Positions 45,907 to 55,150 of a DNA stretch of 55,331 bases are shown in pieces. Every line of letters starts with the position of its first letter. Position 1 is the first letter of the stretch. Source of the stretch: a virus. Taxonomy: Duplodnaviria; Caudoviricetes. Where the stretch lies: positions 1 to 55,331 of IMG/VR virus record IMGVR_UViG_3300016469_000360; one strand, written 5' to 3'. The notes under the pieces are model-generated. The model did not search any database. It saw only the letters and a list, made by a program, of their open reading frames with translations, and was not told the origin of the DNA. The translations under genes and the position numbers were made by a program.

Positions 45907-46503
45907 ATGAGTGCAACCTCTGCTCCGTTCGGCCTGCGCCCTGCGTTCCATCCCTCTGGTCTGGATCGCGCACAGGCGCTCGCCAACGGCATTCCGTCGG
46001 CCTTCAACACGACCATCTTCAAGGGTCAACCGGTTCGCTACCAGACCACCGCCATCGGCGGCACGCTCGGCACCATCACCCCGGCGACCACGTCGGGCGC
46101 GTGGGTCGGTGCGTTCGCTGGCGTCGAGTGGACTGATACGACCGGCCGTCGCCGTGTCTCGAACTATTGGCCTGCCAATACGTCCTATGAGACCGGTTCG
46201 TGCGTGGCGTACTTCTACAACGACCCGAACATCGTCTACGAGATTCAAGCCGACGGCTCGATCGCGCAGACGGCCATCGGCAACGAGTTCAACTTCAACA
46301 ACGTCACCAACGGGTCCACGACCACGGGCCTGTCGGCGTGCACGCTGAACTCGGCCAGCGCCGTGGGCAACGGCGTGCAGGGTCAGATGCGGATCGTCGA
46401 TCTCGCGCCCTACCCCGACAACGCCTGGGGTGACTCGTTCACGATCGTCCGTGTCGTGTGTGCCAACTCGCAATTCTTCGGTGCCTTCACCGCGATTGCC
46501 TAA
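45907..46503 (+). CDS. Putative capsid decoration / minor capsid protein
   Basis: APFGLRP, G.FAGVE.TD..G, DPNIVYEIQ motifs; immediately upstream of MCP. Confidence 0.65.
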   Translation: MSATSAPFGLRPAFHPSGLDRAQALANGIPSAFNTTIFKGQPVRYQTTAIGGTLGTITPATTSGAWVGAFAGVEWTDTTGRRRVSNYWPANTSYETGSCVAYFYNDPNIVYEIQADGSIAQTAIGNEFNFNNVTNGSTTTGLSACTLNSASAVGNGVQGQMRIVDLAPYPDNAWGDSFTIVRVVCANSQFFGAFTAIA

Positions 46504-46519
46504 CTGAAGGAGAGCTGAA

Positions 46520-47434
46520 ATGGCAGCCCCGATGCGTTCAACCGACTTCCGTTCCATCGTTGAGCCAATCCTCAACGAATGCTTCGACGGGGTCTACGAT
46601 CAACGAGCCGATGAGTGGAGTCGCGTCTTCCGTGAGGAAGATGGCATCCCTCGCAACTACCACGAAGAGCCGGTCCTGTACGGATTCGGCGCCGCGCCGC
46701 AACTGCCGGACGGGACCCCGGTCACGTACCAGCAGGGTGGTGTGCTCTTCCTCAAGCGCTACGTCTACAAGGTGTATGGCCTCGCCTTCGCCCTGACGAA
46801 GGTGCTGGTGGAAGACGGCGACCACATCCGGATCGGTCAGGTGTACGCGCGCCACCTTGCCCAGTCCCTGGTGGAAACCAAGGAACTGCTGTCGGCCAAC
46901 GTGCTGAACACGGCCTTTAATGCCGCCTACCCGGGTGGTGACGGTGTGGCGCTCAACAGTGCCTCGCACCCGATCGTCAACGGCACGTTCAGCAACCTCC
47001 TGACGACTGCGGCGAACCTGTCGCAAACGTCTCTGGAGCAGATGCTGATCCAGATCCGCAACGCCGTGGACAACAACGGCAAGAAGATCCGTCTGGTGCC
47101 GCGTCAGCTGATCGTGGCCCCTGGCAACATCTTCCAAGCTGAAGTCCTGCTGAAGTCCGTCCTGCGGGCCGGCAACGCCAACAACGACATCAACCCGATC
47201 AAGTCGATTGGGCTGCTGGACGAAGGCGCTGCTGTCCTGTCGCGTCTGACCTCGGCTACCGCGTTCTGGGTCCAGACGGATGCGCCGGAGGGGCTCAAGC
47301 TCCTGATGCGCCGCCGCCTGGAGAAGACGATGGAAGGCGACTTCGAGACGGACACGATGCGCTATAAGGCCACCGAGCGTTATGACGTGGGCTTCACGGA
47401 TCCCCGTGCGGTCTACGGCACGCCTGGGGTCTGA
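46520..47434 (+). CDS. Major capsid protein (Mu GpT-like, HK97 fold)
   Basis: GGDGVAL.SASHP, LSQTSLEQ, P..LIVAP, EGDFET..MRYKATERY..G.TDPR motifs; strong RBS. Confidence 0.92.
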   Translation: MAAPMRSTDFRSIVEPILNECFDGVYDQRADEWSRVFREEDGIPRNYHEEPVLYGFGAAPQLPDGTPVTYQQGGVLFLKRYVYKVYGLAFALTKVLVEDGDHIRIGQVYARHLAQSLVETKELLSANVLNTAFNAAYPGGDGVALNSASHPIVNGTFSNLLTTAANLSQTSLEQMLIQIRNAVDNNGKKIRLVPRQLIVAPGNIFQAEVLLKSVLRAGNANNDINPIKSIGLLDEGAAVLSRLTSATAFWVQTDAPEGLKLLMRRRLEKTMEGDFETDTMRYKATERYDVGFTDPRAVYGTPGV

Positions 47435-47442
47435 CGTCAAGC

Positions 47443-47470
47443 GGGGGTCGGTGAAAGCCGGCCCCTTGTT
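47443..47470 (+). terminator. Stem-loop after MCP (possible partial terminator)
   Basis: GGGGTCGGT-GAAA-GCCGGCCCC followed by TTGTT. Confidence 0.5.
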
Positions 47471-47505
47471 CCAAGGATTTCGTCAAGCTTTTCAAGGAGA
47501 AGACG

Positions 47506-48483
47506 ATGCCTCAGTTTTCTGACGACCTGTTTCTGGGGTCTGCCCGAACTTACATGGGCATGGACGCCCAACCGGTTACAACGCAATTTACCGGGTCCAT
47601 GTCTGGCACCACGTTGACCGTGACGGCCATGCTGTCCGACGAGCCGATCCGAATCGGCATGTACGTGGATGGAACCAGTGTGACCGACGGTACGTATATC
47701 ACTGCCTTCGGCACGGGTTCCGGTGGTACGGGGACGTACACCATCAACCAATCTGTGTCGGCTTCCAGCACGACCATGACGGCCAACGGGAATGCCATGC
47801 TGCAGAACCCGGCGCCCATGGATCTGGGAGTGGGTCCGCTGGGGCGCATCTACGTCTGGGACTGCGTGCCCCAAACCAAGGGCAACGCAGTGCTGTCGGC
47901 GGCGGCTTCCTACGCGGTGGCTGGCAACGCCACTCTGGCTGCAGGCGCTGGGGTGCGAGCGGTGGTGCTGACGACGGGTTCGACGGTCTACCAACTGGAT
48001 GTTCCGCGAGCGGTCAGCATCACGATCGGCGCGGGAACGATCTCGGCCACGGACGTCACGGTCTCGGGGTTTGACTATTACGGTCAAGCCATGAGCGAAG
48101 TGATCTCGACGGGCACGACGCAGTCCACGACGGTCAACGGCAAGAAGGCCTTCTACCAAGTCAGCCAAGTGGCTGTGGCAGGCGACTGCGGCGGCACGAT
48201 CGCGGTGGGCACCACGGACATTCTGGGGATTCCGGTGCGGGTCACGGATGCCGGCTACATCGCTTCGGTTGGCTGGAACAACACCCTGGCTCGCAACGCC
48301 GGCACGTTCACCGCAGCGGTGACCTCGACTGCGACGACCACCACGGGTGATGTCCGCGGCACTTACGTGCCCTCCTCGGTTCCGGATGGTATCCGGCGGC
48401 TGGTGATGGGCATCCTGTTGCCGGCGATCGCGGTGGGTCCGAACGCAACCCGGTCTGGCGCCCTCGGCGTCACCCAGGCATAA
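47506..48483 (+). CDS. Virion structural protein (head fibre / decoration candidate)
   Basis: T/G/A-rich beta protein after MCP; TTGDVRGTY motif. Confidence 0.7.
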   Translation: MPQFSDDLFLGSARTYMGMDAQPVTTQFTGSMSGTTLTVTAMLSDEPIRIGMYVDGTSVTDGTYITAFGTGSGGTGTYTINQSVSASSTTMTANGNAMLQNPAPMDLGVGPLGRIYVWDCVPQTKGNAVLSAAASYAVAGNATLAAGAGVRAVVLTTGSTVYQLDVPRAVSITIGAGTISATDVTVSGFDYYGQAMSEVISTGTTQSTTVNGKKAFYQVSQVAVAGDCGGTIAVGTTDILGIPVRVTDAGYIASVGWNNTLARNAGTFTAAVTSTATTTTGDVRGTYVPSSVPDGIRRLVMGILLPAIAVGPNATRSGALGVTQA

Positions 48484-48495
48484 GGAGGTCTCATC

Positions 48496-50010
48496 ATGGG
48501 ACAGTTCAAGCCGATGGTGAAGATGACGACGACGGAACCGTCAGTCATCTTGAAGCTGAAGAAGGGGGGCAAAGTGGCCTCTCCGGCGGCCAAGATGGCT
48601 GCTTCGCCCGTGGCGCCTTTGTCGGCGCCTGCAGAAGCCGGCAAGGCCCCGAAGAAGCCTTCGATGGCCCAGCGCATGAAGGCCATGAACCCAAATCTGT
48701 ATGCCAAGGGCGGCAACGTCCAGCATAAGCAGATGGGGGGCATGATGGGTCCGGCTATGGCTCCTGCCATGCCCCCTGCGGCTCGTCCAGCACGCGGCCG
48801 CGGTGCTCGCCCGATGGCTGGTCCGATCAACCCGATGACCCGGGCGGCTCTGGCGGCCATGGCTCCTGACCAGCGCGCCTCTCGTGCTGCGATGGTACGC
48901 AGGGCTCTGACTGGCATGAAGAAGGGCGGCTCTGCCGACTGCTCGGCTCTAGAGCGCGAACTTGAGCATCACAAGGCCATGTCCGCCTCCAAGGCCCATG
49001 GCGTGGTCAAGAAGGCTTCTGGAGGCGCTGTAGGCAACTTCGCCAAGACCAAGATGGTCACGGCCCACCACGACAGCGCCAAGGGCACTGGTGACGTGAA
49101 GATGGGCAGCCCGGCCGGCTACAAAATGGGCGGCTCGATCGAGGGCAACGAGGGTCCGTTCAAGGACACCAAGGTAGTGACTGCTGGCAAGGGCAAGAGC
49201 GGCGGCACGACTGGCGGCGTCAAGATGGGCAACGGCGGCGGCTACGCTGCCGGCGGCATGGCCTGCAAGGCTAATGGCGGCACCATCAAGGCTGCCGAAA
49301 TCCGTCCTGCCAACACCTCGAGGCCGGGTAAGACCAACACCAAAACGGGTGAGGTCAGGCTGGGCAACGCGGGCGGGTACAAGCACGGGGGTTCCCTGGG
49401 AAAAGCCTACGCCACGGGGGGTAATGTCGTGGACGACGGCAAGGCAGAAAAGATGCCTCGCCGCCCCGTCCATCCTCCCGTGGCGAACACGATGCAGTCC
49501 GGCACTTACAAGCGCGGCGGTAAGGTCTACAAGGCCGATGGTGGCCCTGTTGACGACGACAAGGACGATGATCGTCCGGCGCCGCCGCAGCGGGCTGCCC
49601 GGCCGCCTGTCAACCCTCAGTACTCCGAAGTCGCAGTCAACAAGGCCATCGCATCGTCAAATCGAGCGGGCCGCAAGATCAGCGGGCGAGAGGCGAAAGC
49701 CATTCATCGGCTGCTGAAAGGGCGGTACAACGGCGGCGGCAAGGTCTCCGACGACATGCCTTATGAGGCGAAGATTCAGTCCCACATCGACCGCAATGAG
49801 CGTGCGATGAAGGCCTGGGAGCAGTCTCAAAAGGAAGAGGCCGAGTCCACCCGCAACCTGCTCCCGAATTTGGCTCGCAAGGCCATGGGAGCGGTTAAGG
49901 GGATGTTTGGCAGCAAGCCCCCGCCGGGTAGCGTCACTAAGACCGAGAAGTCGGTCACAGTTGCTCCTGGAGCTTCTGCTGTGGCCCGCAAGCGCGGCGG
50001 CAAGTGCTGA
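48496..50010 (+). CDS. Basic low-complexity protein with ~14 [YMK]-x-x-GG repeats (putative internal head protein)
   Basis: KKGGKV, YAKGGNV, YKMGGSI, YKHGGSL, YATGGNV, YKRGGKV, KADGGPV etc. Confidence 0.75.
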   Translation: MGQFKPMVKMTTTEPSVILKLKKGGKVASPAAKMAASPVAPLSAPAEAGKAPKKPSMAQRMKAMNPNLYAKGGNVQHKQMGGMMGPAMAPAMPPAARPARGRGARPMAGPINPMTRAALAAMAPDQRASRAAMVRRALTGMKKGGSADCSALERELEHHKAMSASKAHGVVKKASGGAVGNFAKTKMVTAHHDSAKGTGDVKMGSPAGYKMGGSIEGNEGPFKDTKVVTAGKGKSGGTTGGVKMGNGGGYAAGGMACKANGGTIKAAEIRPANTSRPGKTNTKTGEVRLGNAGGYKHGGSLGKAYATGGNVVDDGKAEKMPRRPVHPPVANTMQSGTYKRGGKVYKADGGPVDDDKDDDRPAPPQRAARPPVNPQYSEVAVNKAIASSNRAGRKISGREAKAIHRLLKGRYNGGGKVSDDMPYEAKIQSHIDRNERAMKAWEQSQKEEAESTRNLLPNLARKAMGAVKGMFGSKPPPGSVTKTEKSVTVAPGASAVARKRGGKC

Positions 50011-50012
50011 TC

Positions 50013-50041
50013 AAGACGGGGGCTTCGGCCCCTGTCTTCTC
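50013..50041 (+). terminator. Stem-loop / probable terminator
   Basis: AAGACGGGGGC-TTCG-GCCCCTGTCTT. Confidence 0.6.
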
Positions 50042-50053
50042 TGAGGTGTTCTG

Positions 50054-50356
50054 ATGAAAGTTCAGACCGTATCGAAGACGGGCGCCGGATCCAGTTCGGC
50101 TCTCGTCATGAACACAAACATTTCGCCCTTCAACGTCGGCTTCGGCGTCATCGTGGTGGGCGTGGTGGATTACACGGTACAACACACGTTTGATGACCCG
50201 GCATCTGGGTTCACCACGTGGTTCCCACATCCAACGATTGCTGCGCAGATCGCTAACGCCGACGGCAACTACGCTTTTCCGGTGACAGGTATCCGCATCA
50301 CGGTGAACTCCGGCGCCGGCTCTGTGACGCTCAAGGCGATTCAAGCGGGGATCTGA
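50054..50356 (+). CDS. Small virion structural protein
   Basis: GAGG RBS; YTVQHTFDD beta-sandwich-like sequence. Confidence 0.7.
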   Translation: MKVQTVSKTGAGSSSALVMNTNISPFNVGFGVIVVGVVDYTVQHTFDDPASGFTTWFPHPTIAAQIANADGNYAFPVTGIRITVNSGAGSVTLKAIQAGI

Positions 50357-50580
50357 TGAGCGTTGGGTACTCTGGTGTTGCCAACTTTGCCAACACCTAC
50401 CCAGGCACGTCCATCCGAGTGGTGGCAAATGCCAACGAAGGGTACGGCGACGATGTGGGCGGCAGCGAGGTGATTGTCAAATTTGGCCAGATCCCAACTA
50501 CCTACTTCATCGACCTTGAAGATGGAAGTGGATACGTGCTGATGGAGTCTTCTGGCGGGATTCTTTTGGAGGCCTCGTAA
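50356..50580 (+). CDS. Small protein with C-terminal L-E-x-G..LL-E motif
   Basis: TGATG/TAATG coupling. Confidence 0.65.
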   Translation: MSVGYSGVANFANTYPGTSIRVVANANEGYGDDVGGSEVIVKFGQIPTTYFIDLEDGSGYVLMESSGGILLEAS

Positions 50581-51131
50581 TGGCTAACACCAAGATCAGT
50601 GCAATGCCGGCCGCGACCCTGCCATTGGCAGGTAGCGAGACCGTGCCCCTTGTGCAAGGCGGCAACAACGTCAAGGCTTCGGTCTTCAGTGTGACGGCGG
50701 CCACTTACGGCGAGATCTACGTCGCCGGAGGTGCGGTTCCGCAGACCTTGACGGTCGCAAACACCTTCTACAAGCTGAATACCTTCACGACGGACGGCCT
50801 GTCGAATGGTGTCACGCCTCAAGTGGCAAATGATCGAATTCAAATCGACACTGGTGGGGTGTACCTGATCCAGTTCTTCCTGACGTTTTCAGACTCCAAC
50901 AACCGCACGTTCTCGTTCCGTTGCTTCAACGAAACGACCGCCACTGCGTACCCAAACACTCTGGTCAAGTCTCACTCTCATTCTTCTGATCCGATGTTCG
51001 TGGCTGTGTCGGCGTTCGTGCAGGCTGCCGCGGGGAACACTCTGTGCGTGCAGGGGGCCTGCGACACTGGTCCCACTGACATCACGCTGAGTGACGGCAA
51101 CTTTGCTGTCCTTTTGCTGAAGGCGGCCTGA
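50580..51131 (+). CDS. Short fibre/spike protein with C1q/TNF-like C-terminal domain
   Basis: KISAMPAA..PLAG.E.VPLVQ N-terminus shared with 53069; GVYLIQF jelly-roll motif. Confidence 0.6.
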   Translation: MANTKISAMPAATLPLAGSETVPLVQGGNNVKASVFSVTAATYGEIYVAGGAVPQTLTVANTFYKLNTFTTDGLSNGVTPQVANDRIQIDTGGVYLIQFFLTFSDSNNRTFSFRCFNETTATAYPNTLVKSHSHSSDPMFVAVSAFVQAAAGNTLCVQGACDTGPTDITLSDGNFAVLLLKAA

Positions 51132-51133
51132 TC

Positions 51134-51655
51134 ATGCCTCTGGTCAAGTCCAAGTCGGCGAAAGCCTTCCAGGAGAACATCAAGCGCGAAATCGCCGCGG
51201 GCAAGCCTCAGAAGCAGGCCGTGGCTATCGCTTACGATGTTCAACGTCGGGCTCACAAGGCCGATGGGGGTGGCCTCTACGCCAACATCCACGCCAAGCG
51301 TCAACGTATCGCTGAAGGCTCGGGTGAGCGCATGCGCAAGCCTGGGGCGCCTGGGGCGCCGACCGCGGAGGCCTTCAGGGAGTCCGCCAAGACGGCCAAG
51401 GCCAAGGGCGGCGGGGTGAGCTTGAGTGTCGGCCGCGGCGAGAAGCTGCCGGTCAGCCAGGGTGCCGGCCTGACGGCCAAGGGCAGGGCCAAGTACAACC
51501 GGGAGACCGGCTCGGATCTGAAGGCACCTCAGCCCCAAGGGGGCGCCCGAAAGAAGTCCTTCTGCGCGAGAATGTCGGGCGTGGTGAGGCACTCCAAGGG
51601 TGACGCGGAGCGCGCCAAGGCTTCGCTGCGCAGGTGGAAGTGCTCGGGATGGTGA
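51134..51655 (+). CDS. Basic protein composed of fused micro-domains
   Basis: KPQKQAVAIAY; GLYANIHAKR; GAGLTAKGRAKYN...RKKSFCARM...SLRRWKC. Confidence 0.75.
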   Translation: MPLVKSKSAKAFQENIKREIAAGKPQKQAVAIAYDVQRRAHKADGGGLYANIHAKRQRIAEGSGERMRKPGAPGAPTAEAFRESAKTAKAKGGGVSLSVGRGEKLPVSQGAGLTAKGRAKYNRETGSDLKAPQPQGGARKKSFCARMSGVVRHSKGDAERAKASLRRWKCSGW

Positions 51656-51663
51656 GGTGACAC

Positions 51664-52722
51664 ATGGCCTACAGCGGGACCGTCGGGCAGACTGTCGTCT
51701 CGGTTCAGAAGTTCATCGACCAAGGGGCCCGGCTGTCCGGGAAGCTGGCCGAGGAACTGACGGTCGAGCAGGTGCAGGCATCCAAGCAGGCTCTGTTCTT
51801 CACTTTGAGCAACCTGATCAACCAGGGCATCAACTACTGGTGCATCTCCAAGAAGGTCTACGGCCTCAAGCCGGACCAGTATGAGTACCTGCTGCCTGTT
51901 GGTGGCAACGATGTCCTGAACGCCCTCTACAGAACGTTGCAGCGGCCTTCTGGGACCTATGCGGCTTCGTCTGGGACGGCGTACAACGCTTTCGATTCGG
52001 ATGTCGATACCGTCACGGTGCAGTCCGCACCGAACGGCAACATCTCGGTCAACTTCGGCACCGACAATCCCATCTATGCGGGCTCGATCGGCATCCTGCC
52101 TGGGGTGTCTGGCTCGTTTCACATCCTGCTGGAGACCTCGGATGACGGGGTGTCTTGGACCACGTTGCTGGACACAGGGGTGGAGACATGGGTCAACAAC
52201 GAATGGCTCTGGTACGACATCGACCCTGGCGCGAGCAAGCAGTGGTACCGGATGCGGGAGACGGGTGGGAACACCCTGCAGGTGCGGGAGTTTTACGTCG
52301 GCAACCTCTCAACCGAGGTGACGATGGCCCGGCTCAACCGGGACGACTACACCAACCTGCCGAACAAGAACTTCACGGCCAACCAGCCCTACCAGTACTG
52401 GCTGAACCGCACGATCCCCCAGGCCAAGATCACGCTGTGGCCCACGCCCTCGAATCCGTTCGTGCAGATGACGGTGTGGTACTCCCGCCAGATCATGGAC
52501 GTGGGGGACCTGTACGACGAGATCGAGGTGCCGCAGTACTTCTATCAGGCCATCCAGTTCATGCTCGCGCACCAGATGAGCATGATCCTCCCTGGCGTGG
52601 ATCTGGCGCGCATTCAGTACCTGGAGGGGCAGGCGGAGAAGTACTTCCAGCAGGCCGAGAACGAAAACCGCGACAGGTCGCCTATCTTCTACGCGCCGAA
52701 TCTGACGTGCTACACCCGGTGA
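51664..52722 (+). CDS. Head-tail connector / tail tubular protein with inserted beta domain
   Basis: NQGINYW, RDDY.NLPNK, LWPTP, E.E.RDR motifs. Confidence 0.7.
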   Translation: MAYSGTVGQTVVSVQKFIDQGARLSGKLAEELTVEQVQASKQALFFTLSNLINQGINYWCISKKVYGLKPDQYEYLLPVGGNDVLNALYRTLQRPSGTYAASSGTAYNAFDSDVDTVTVQSAPNGNISVNFGTDNPIYAGSIGILPGVSGSFHILLETSDDGVSWTTLLDTGVETWVNNEWLWYDIDPGASKQWYRMRETGGNTLQVREFYVGNLSTEVTMARLNRDDYTNLPNKNFTANQPYQYWLNRTIPQAKITLWPTPSNPFVQMTVWYSRQIMDVGDLYDEIEVPQYFYQAIQFMLAHQMSMILPGVDLARIQYLEGQAEKYFQQAENENRDRSPIFYAPNLTCYTR

Positions 52723-52725
52723 CCC

Positions 52726-53067
52726 ATGCCTCGCTTCTTGGACACTCGTGGCAATGCGATCATCGCGATCTTCATCTGCGACCGATGCAAGATGAAGCGC
52801 CCGATCGTGGAGGCGATGCCGGATCCGAACTTCCCTGGGCTGAAGGTCTGCGGCCAGGGCTGTGCGGATGAGAAGGACCCGTACCGGCTACCGGCGAGGA
52901 AGACTGAGCGCATCACCTTGCAATTTCCTCGTCCTGATGTCAGTGTCGCGGACACGAGCACGTCCCTCATCACGACTGGTAACGGGCAGTACAAGGTCAG
53001 CACAGAACAGAACACGCAGACCCCGGAGTCAAACGGCAACAACGACGTGATCTCACCGAGCTCCTGA
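52726..53067 (+). CDS. Small virion-associated protein (ICDRC...GLKVC...PRPD)
   Basis: Cys motif typical of this gene position in podophage-like genomes. Confidence 0.75.
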   Translation: MPRFLDTRGNAIIAIFICDRCKMKRPIVEAMPDPNFPGLKVCGQGCADEKDPYRLPARKTERITLQFPRPDVSVADTSTSLITTGNGQYKVSTEQNTQTPESNGNNDVISPSS

Positions 53068-53068
53068 C

Positions 53069-55141
53069 ATGTCAGCACAAGTTACTATCACCCAGCTACC
53101 GGCTGCAGGGGCCCTGACGGGGACGGAGTCGGTTCCGGTCGTCCAGAACGGTCAGACTGTTCAGACGACGACTGCGGCTATCGCGGGCGCCGGGGCATTG
53201 AATTACCCGTTCCTGACGGTCGGTTCGACCGCAGGGCTCATCCAGGCGCGGCAGATCTCAGCCAGTACTGGGCTGTCCCTGACGGACAACGGCGCCGGCT
53301 CGACGTTGCAGGTGAGTTTGACGGGGGCCGCGCAGTCTCTGAACTCCAGTCCTAGCGGCATCCAAGTCAAGACGGGACCGAGCACCCTCACGGCGCGGTC
53401 TATCGCGGTTGGAGGCGGCCTGCAGGTCACGGATGGGGATGGGGTAGCCGGTAACCCCACGGTGAGCTTGGGAGCGGTTCTGGCGAACTTTGCAGCCCTA
53501 ACCGGGACCGGAATGCTGGCCATGCAGTCTGGGGCGCCGGCCAAGGTCACCATCCAGGGCACTACTAATCAGATTAGTATCACCAACGGCAACGGAGCGG
53601 CTGATCCCACGGTTGGGTTGGCGAGCGACCCGGTGATTCCTGGCACTGGAGCAGTCAGAGTTCCTGTTGGAACGACTGCCGAGCGACTGAGTGTCAATGG
53701 CAACCTCCGCTACAACATCGACACCCAGAACTTTGAGGGTTACGCCAACGGGGTCTGGGGCTCAATCGCGGTGGGAACCGGTGTCACCTTCATCAATGTC
53801 ACGGGTGGCACTACCGGGTTGACCTTCTCGGGCGGGCCTGTCACAACGACTGGCACGTTCACGATGGCCGGCACGCTTGACACCGCGAGCGGTGGTACGG
53901 GCCTGACCTCTTGGACTCTTGGGGATGTCCCGTACTACTCAGCCGGCACGGTTCTGTCCAAGTTGGCGATCGGCACCAATGGGCAGTACCTGTCGAGCAA
54001 CGGGACTGCACCGCAGTGGTCGTCTCCTGGGGCTCTGACGAAGACGGATGACACCAATGTCACGCTGACCCTGTCTGGAAGTCCTTCTACGGCCCTTCTG
54101 AACGCCGCAGCGATCACGGTGGGATGGACGGGTCAACTCTCGACCACAAGAGGCGGAACGGGCCTTTCCTCCTACACGGCGGGGGATCTGCCCTACTACG
54201 CTACGGGGACGGCTCTAAGCAAGTTGGGGATCGGGGCTGCGAACACCGTACTGACTTCGACTGGAAGTGCCCCGCAATGGTCTTCGTCGCTGACTGGTCT
54301 GACTTCTGTCACCGTCACCCAGGATCCGACCCAGGATTTGCAACTGGCCACAAAACAGTATGTAGATGCAGTTGCCGAGGGATTGCACATCCATGCGGCT
54401 TGCGCGGCGGCAACGCCTGCAACCCTGGCATCAATCACCGGGGGAACGGTCACTTACAACAACGGCACGGCTGGTGTTGGGGCGACTCTGACGCTGTCGG
54501 TTGCCCTGACAACCCTGGACGGCTACCCGCTTCAGAACGGCAACCGGATTCTGGTCAAGAACGAAGCTACGCAGGCGAACAACGGCATCTACACCTGGGC
54601 TACGGGTGGAACCGTACTGACGCGGGCGACGGACTTCGATACGACCACGGAAGTGGCCAGCGGGGACTTTACCTTCGTCACCAATGGAACTTTGTACGCC
54701 AACACAGGTTGGGTGCAAACGAACAACACCACGTCGATTGGAACTAGTCCAATTGCGTTCGTGCAGTTCTCCGGGGCTGGAACGTACACGGCAGGCACTG
54801 GCCTGACGCTAACTGGCTCGCAATTCTCGATCACCAACACAGGTGTAAGCGCCGCAAGTTATGGGTCTGCTTCTCAGGTAGCGACGTTCGCGGTCAATGC
54901 TCAGGGTCAACTGACTGCGGCCTCGAACGCATCTATTGCGATTGCCGGAAGCCAGATCACATCCGGCACGGTTGCAGCTACGGTTGGAGGTACGGGGCAG
55001 TCCTCTTACACAACCGGCGACATCCTGTACGCTAACAGCAGCACAACTCTCACCAAACTGACTCTTGGCACTCAAGGCCAAGTCCTGAAGGCTGGCGCAT
55101 CGGCTCCTGAGTGGGGCGCTGTGGCTGGCGGAGCATTCTAA
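53069..55141 (+). CDS. Long tail fibre protein, ends in GGAF
   Basis: GGTG repeats, ATKQYVD, RILVKNE....NGIY, TRATDFD, FVQFSGAG motifs. Confidence 0.85.
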   Translation: MSAQVTITQLPAAGALTGTESVPVVQNGQTVQTTTAAIAGAGALNYPFLTVGSTAGLIQARQISASTGLSLTDNGAGSTLQVSLTGAAQSLNSSPSGIQVKTGPSTLTARSIAVGGGLQVTDGDGVAGNPTVSLGAVLANFAALTGTGMLAMQSGAPAKVTIQGTTNQISITNGNGAADPTVGLASDPVIPGTGAVRVPVGTTAERLSVNGNLRYNIDTQNFEGYANGVWGSIAVGTGVTFINVTGGTTGLTFSGGPVTTTGTFTMAGTLDTASGGTGLTSWTLGDVPYYSAGTVLSKLAIGTNGQYLSSNGTAPQWSSPGALTKTDDTNVTLTLSGSPSTALLNAAAITVGWTGQLSTTRGGTGLSSYTAGDLPYYATGTALSKLGIGAANTVLTSTGSAPQWSSSLTGLTSVTVTQDPTQDLQLATKQYVDAVAEGLHIHAACAAATPATLASITGGTVTYNNGTAGVGATLTLSVALTTLDGYPLQNGNRILVKNEATQANNGIYTWATGGTVLTRATDFDTTTEVASGDFTFVTNGTLYANTGWVQTNNTTSIGTSPIAFVQFSGAGTYTAGTGLTLTGSQFSITNTGVSAASYGSASQVATFAVNAQGQLTAASNASIAIAGSQITSGTVAATVGGTGQSSYTTGDILYANSSTTLTKLTLGTQGQVLKAGASAPEWGAVAGGAF
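53563..53579. promoter_or_regulatory. 17-bp palindrome TACTAATCAGATTAGTA inside tail fibre gene
   Basis: Reverse complement of 53561-53581 is GATACTAATCTGATTAGTAGT, matching the 21-mer apart from the central base. Confidence 0.78.
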
Positions 55142-55150
55142 GGAACCATC

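Noticed and set aside
14769-47440. Long minus-strand ORFs (e.g. 14769-16163, 20745-22049, 34603-35685, 42120-43475, 46538-47440)
   Set aside because: They are antisense shadows of well-supported plus-strand genes, expected with high-GC codon bias; no RBS or recognisable motifs
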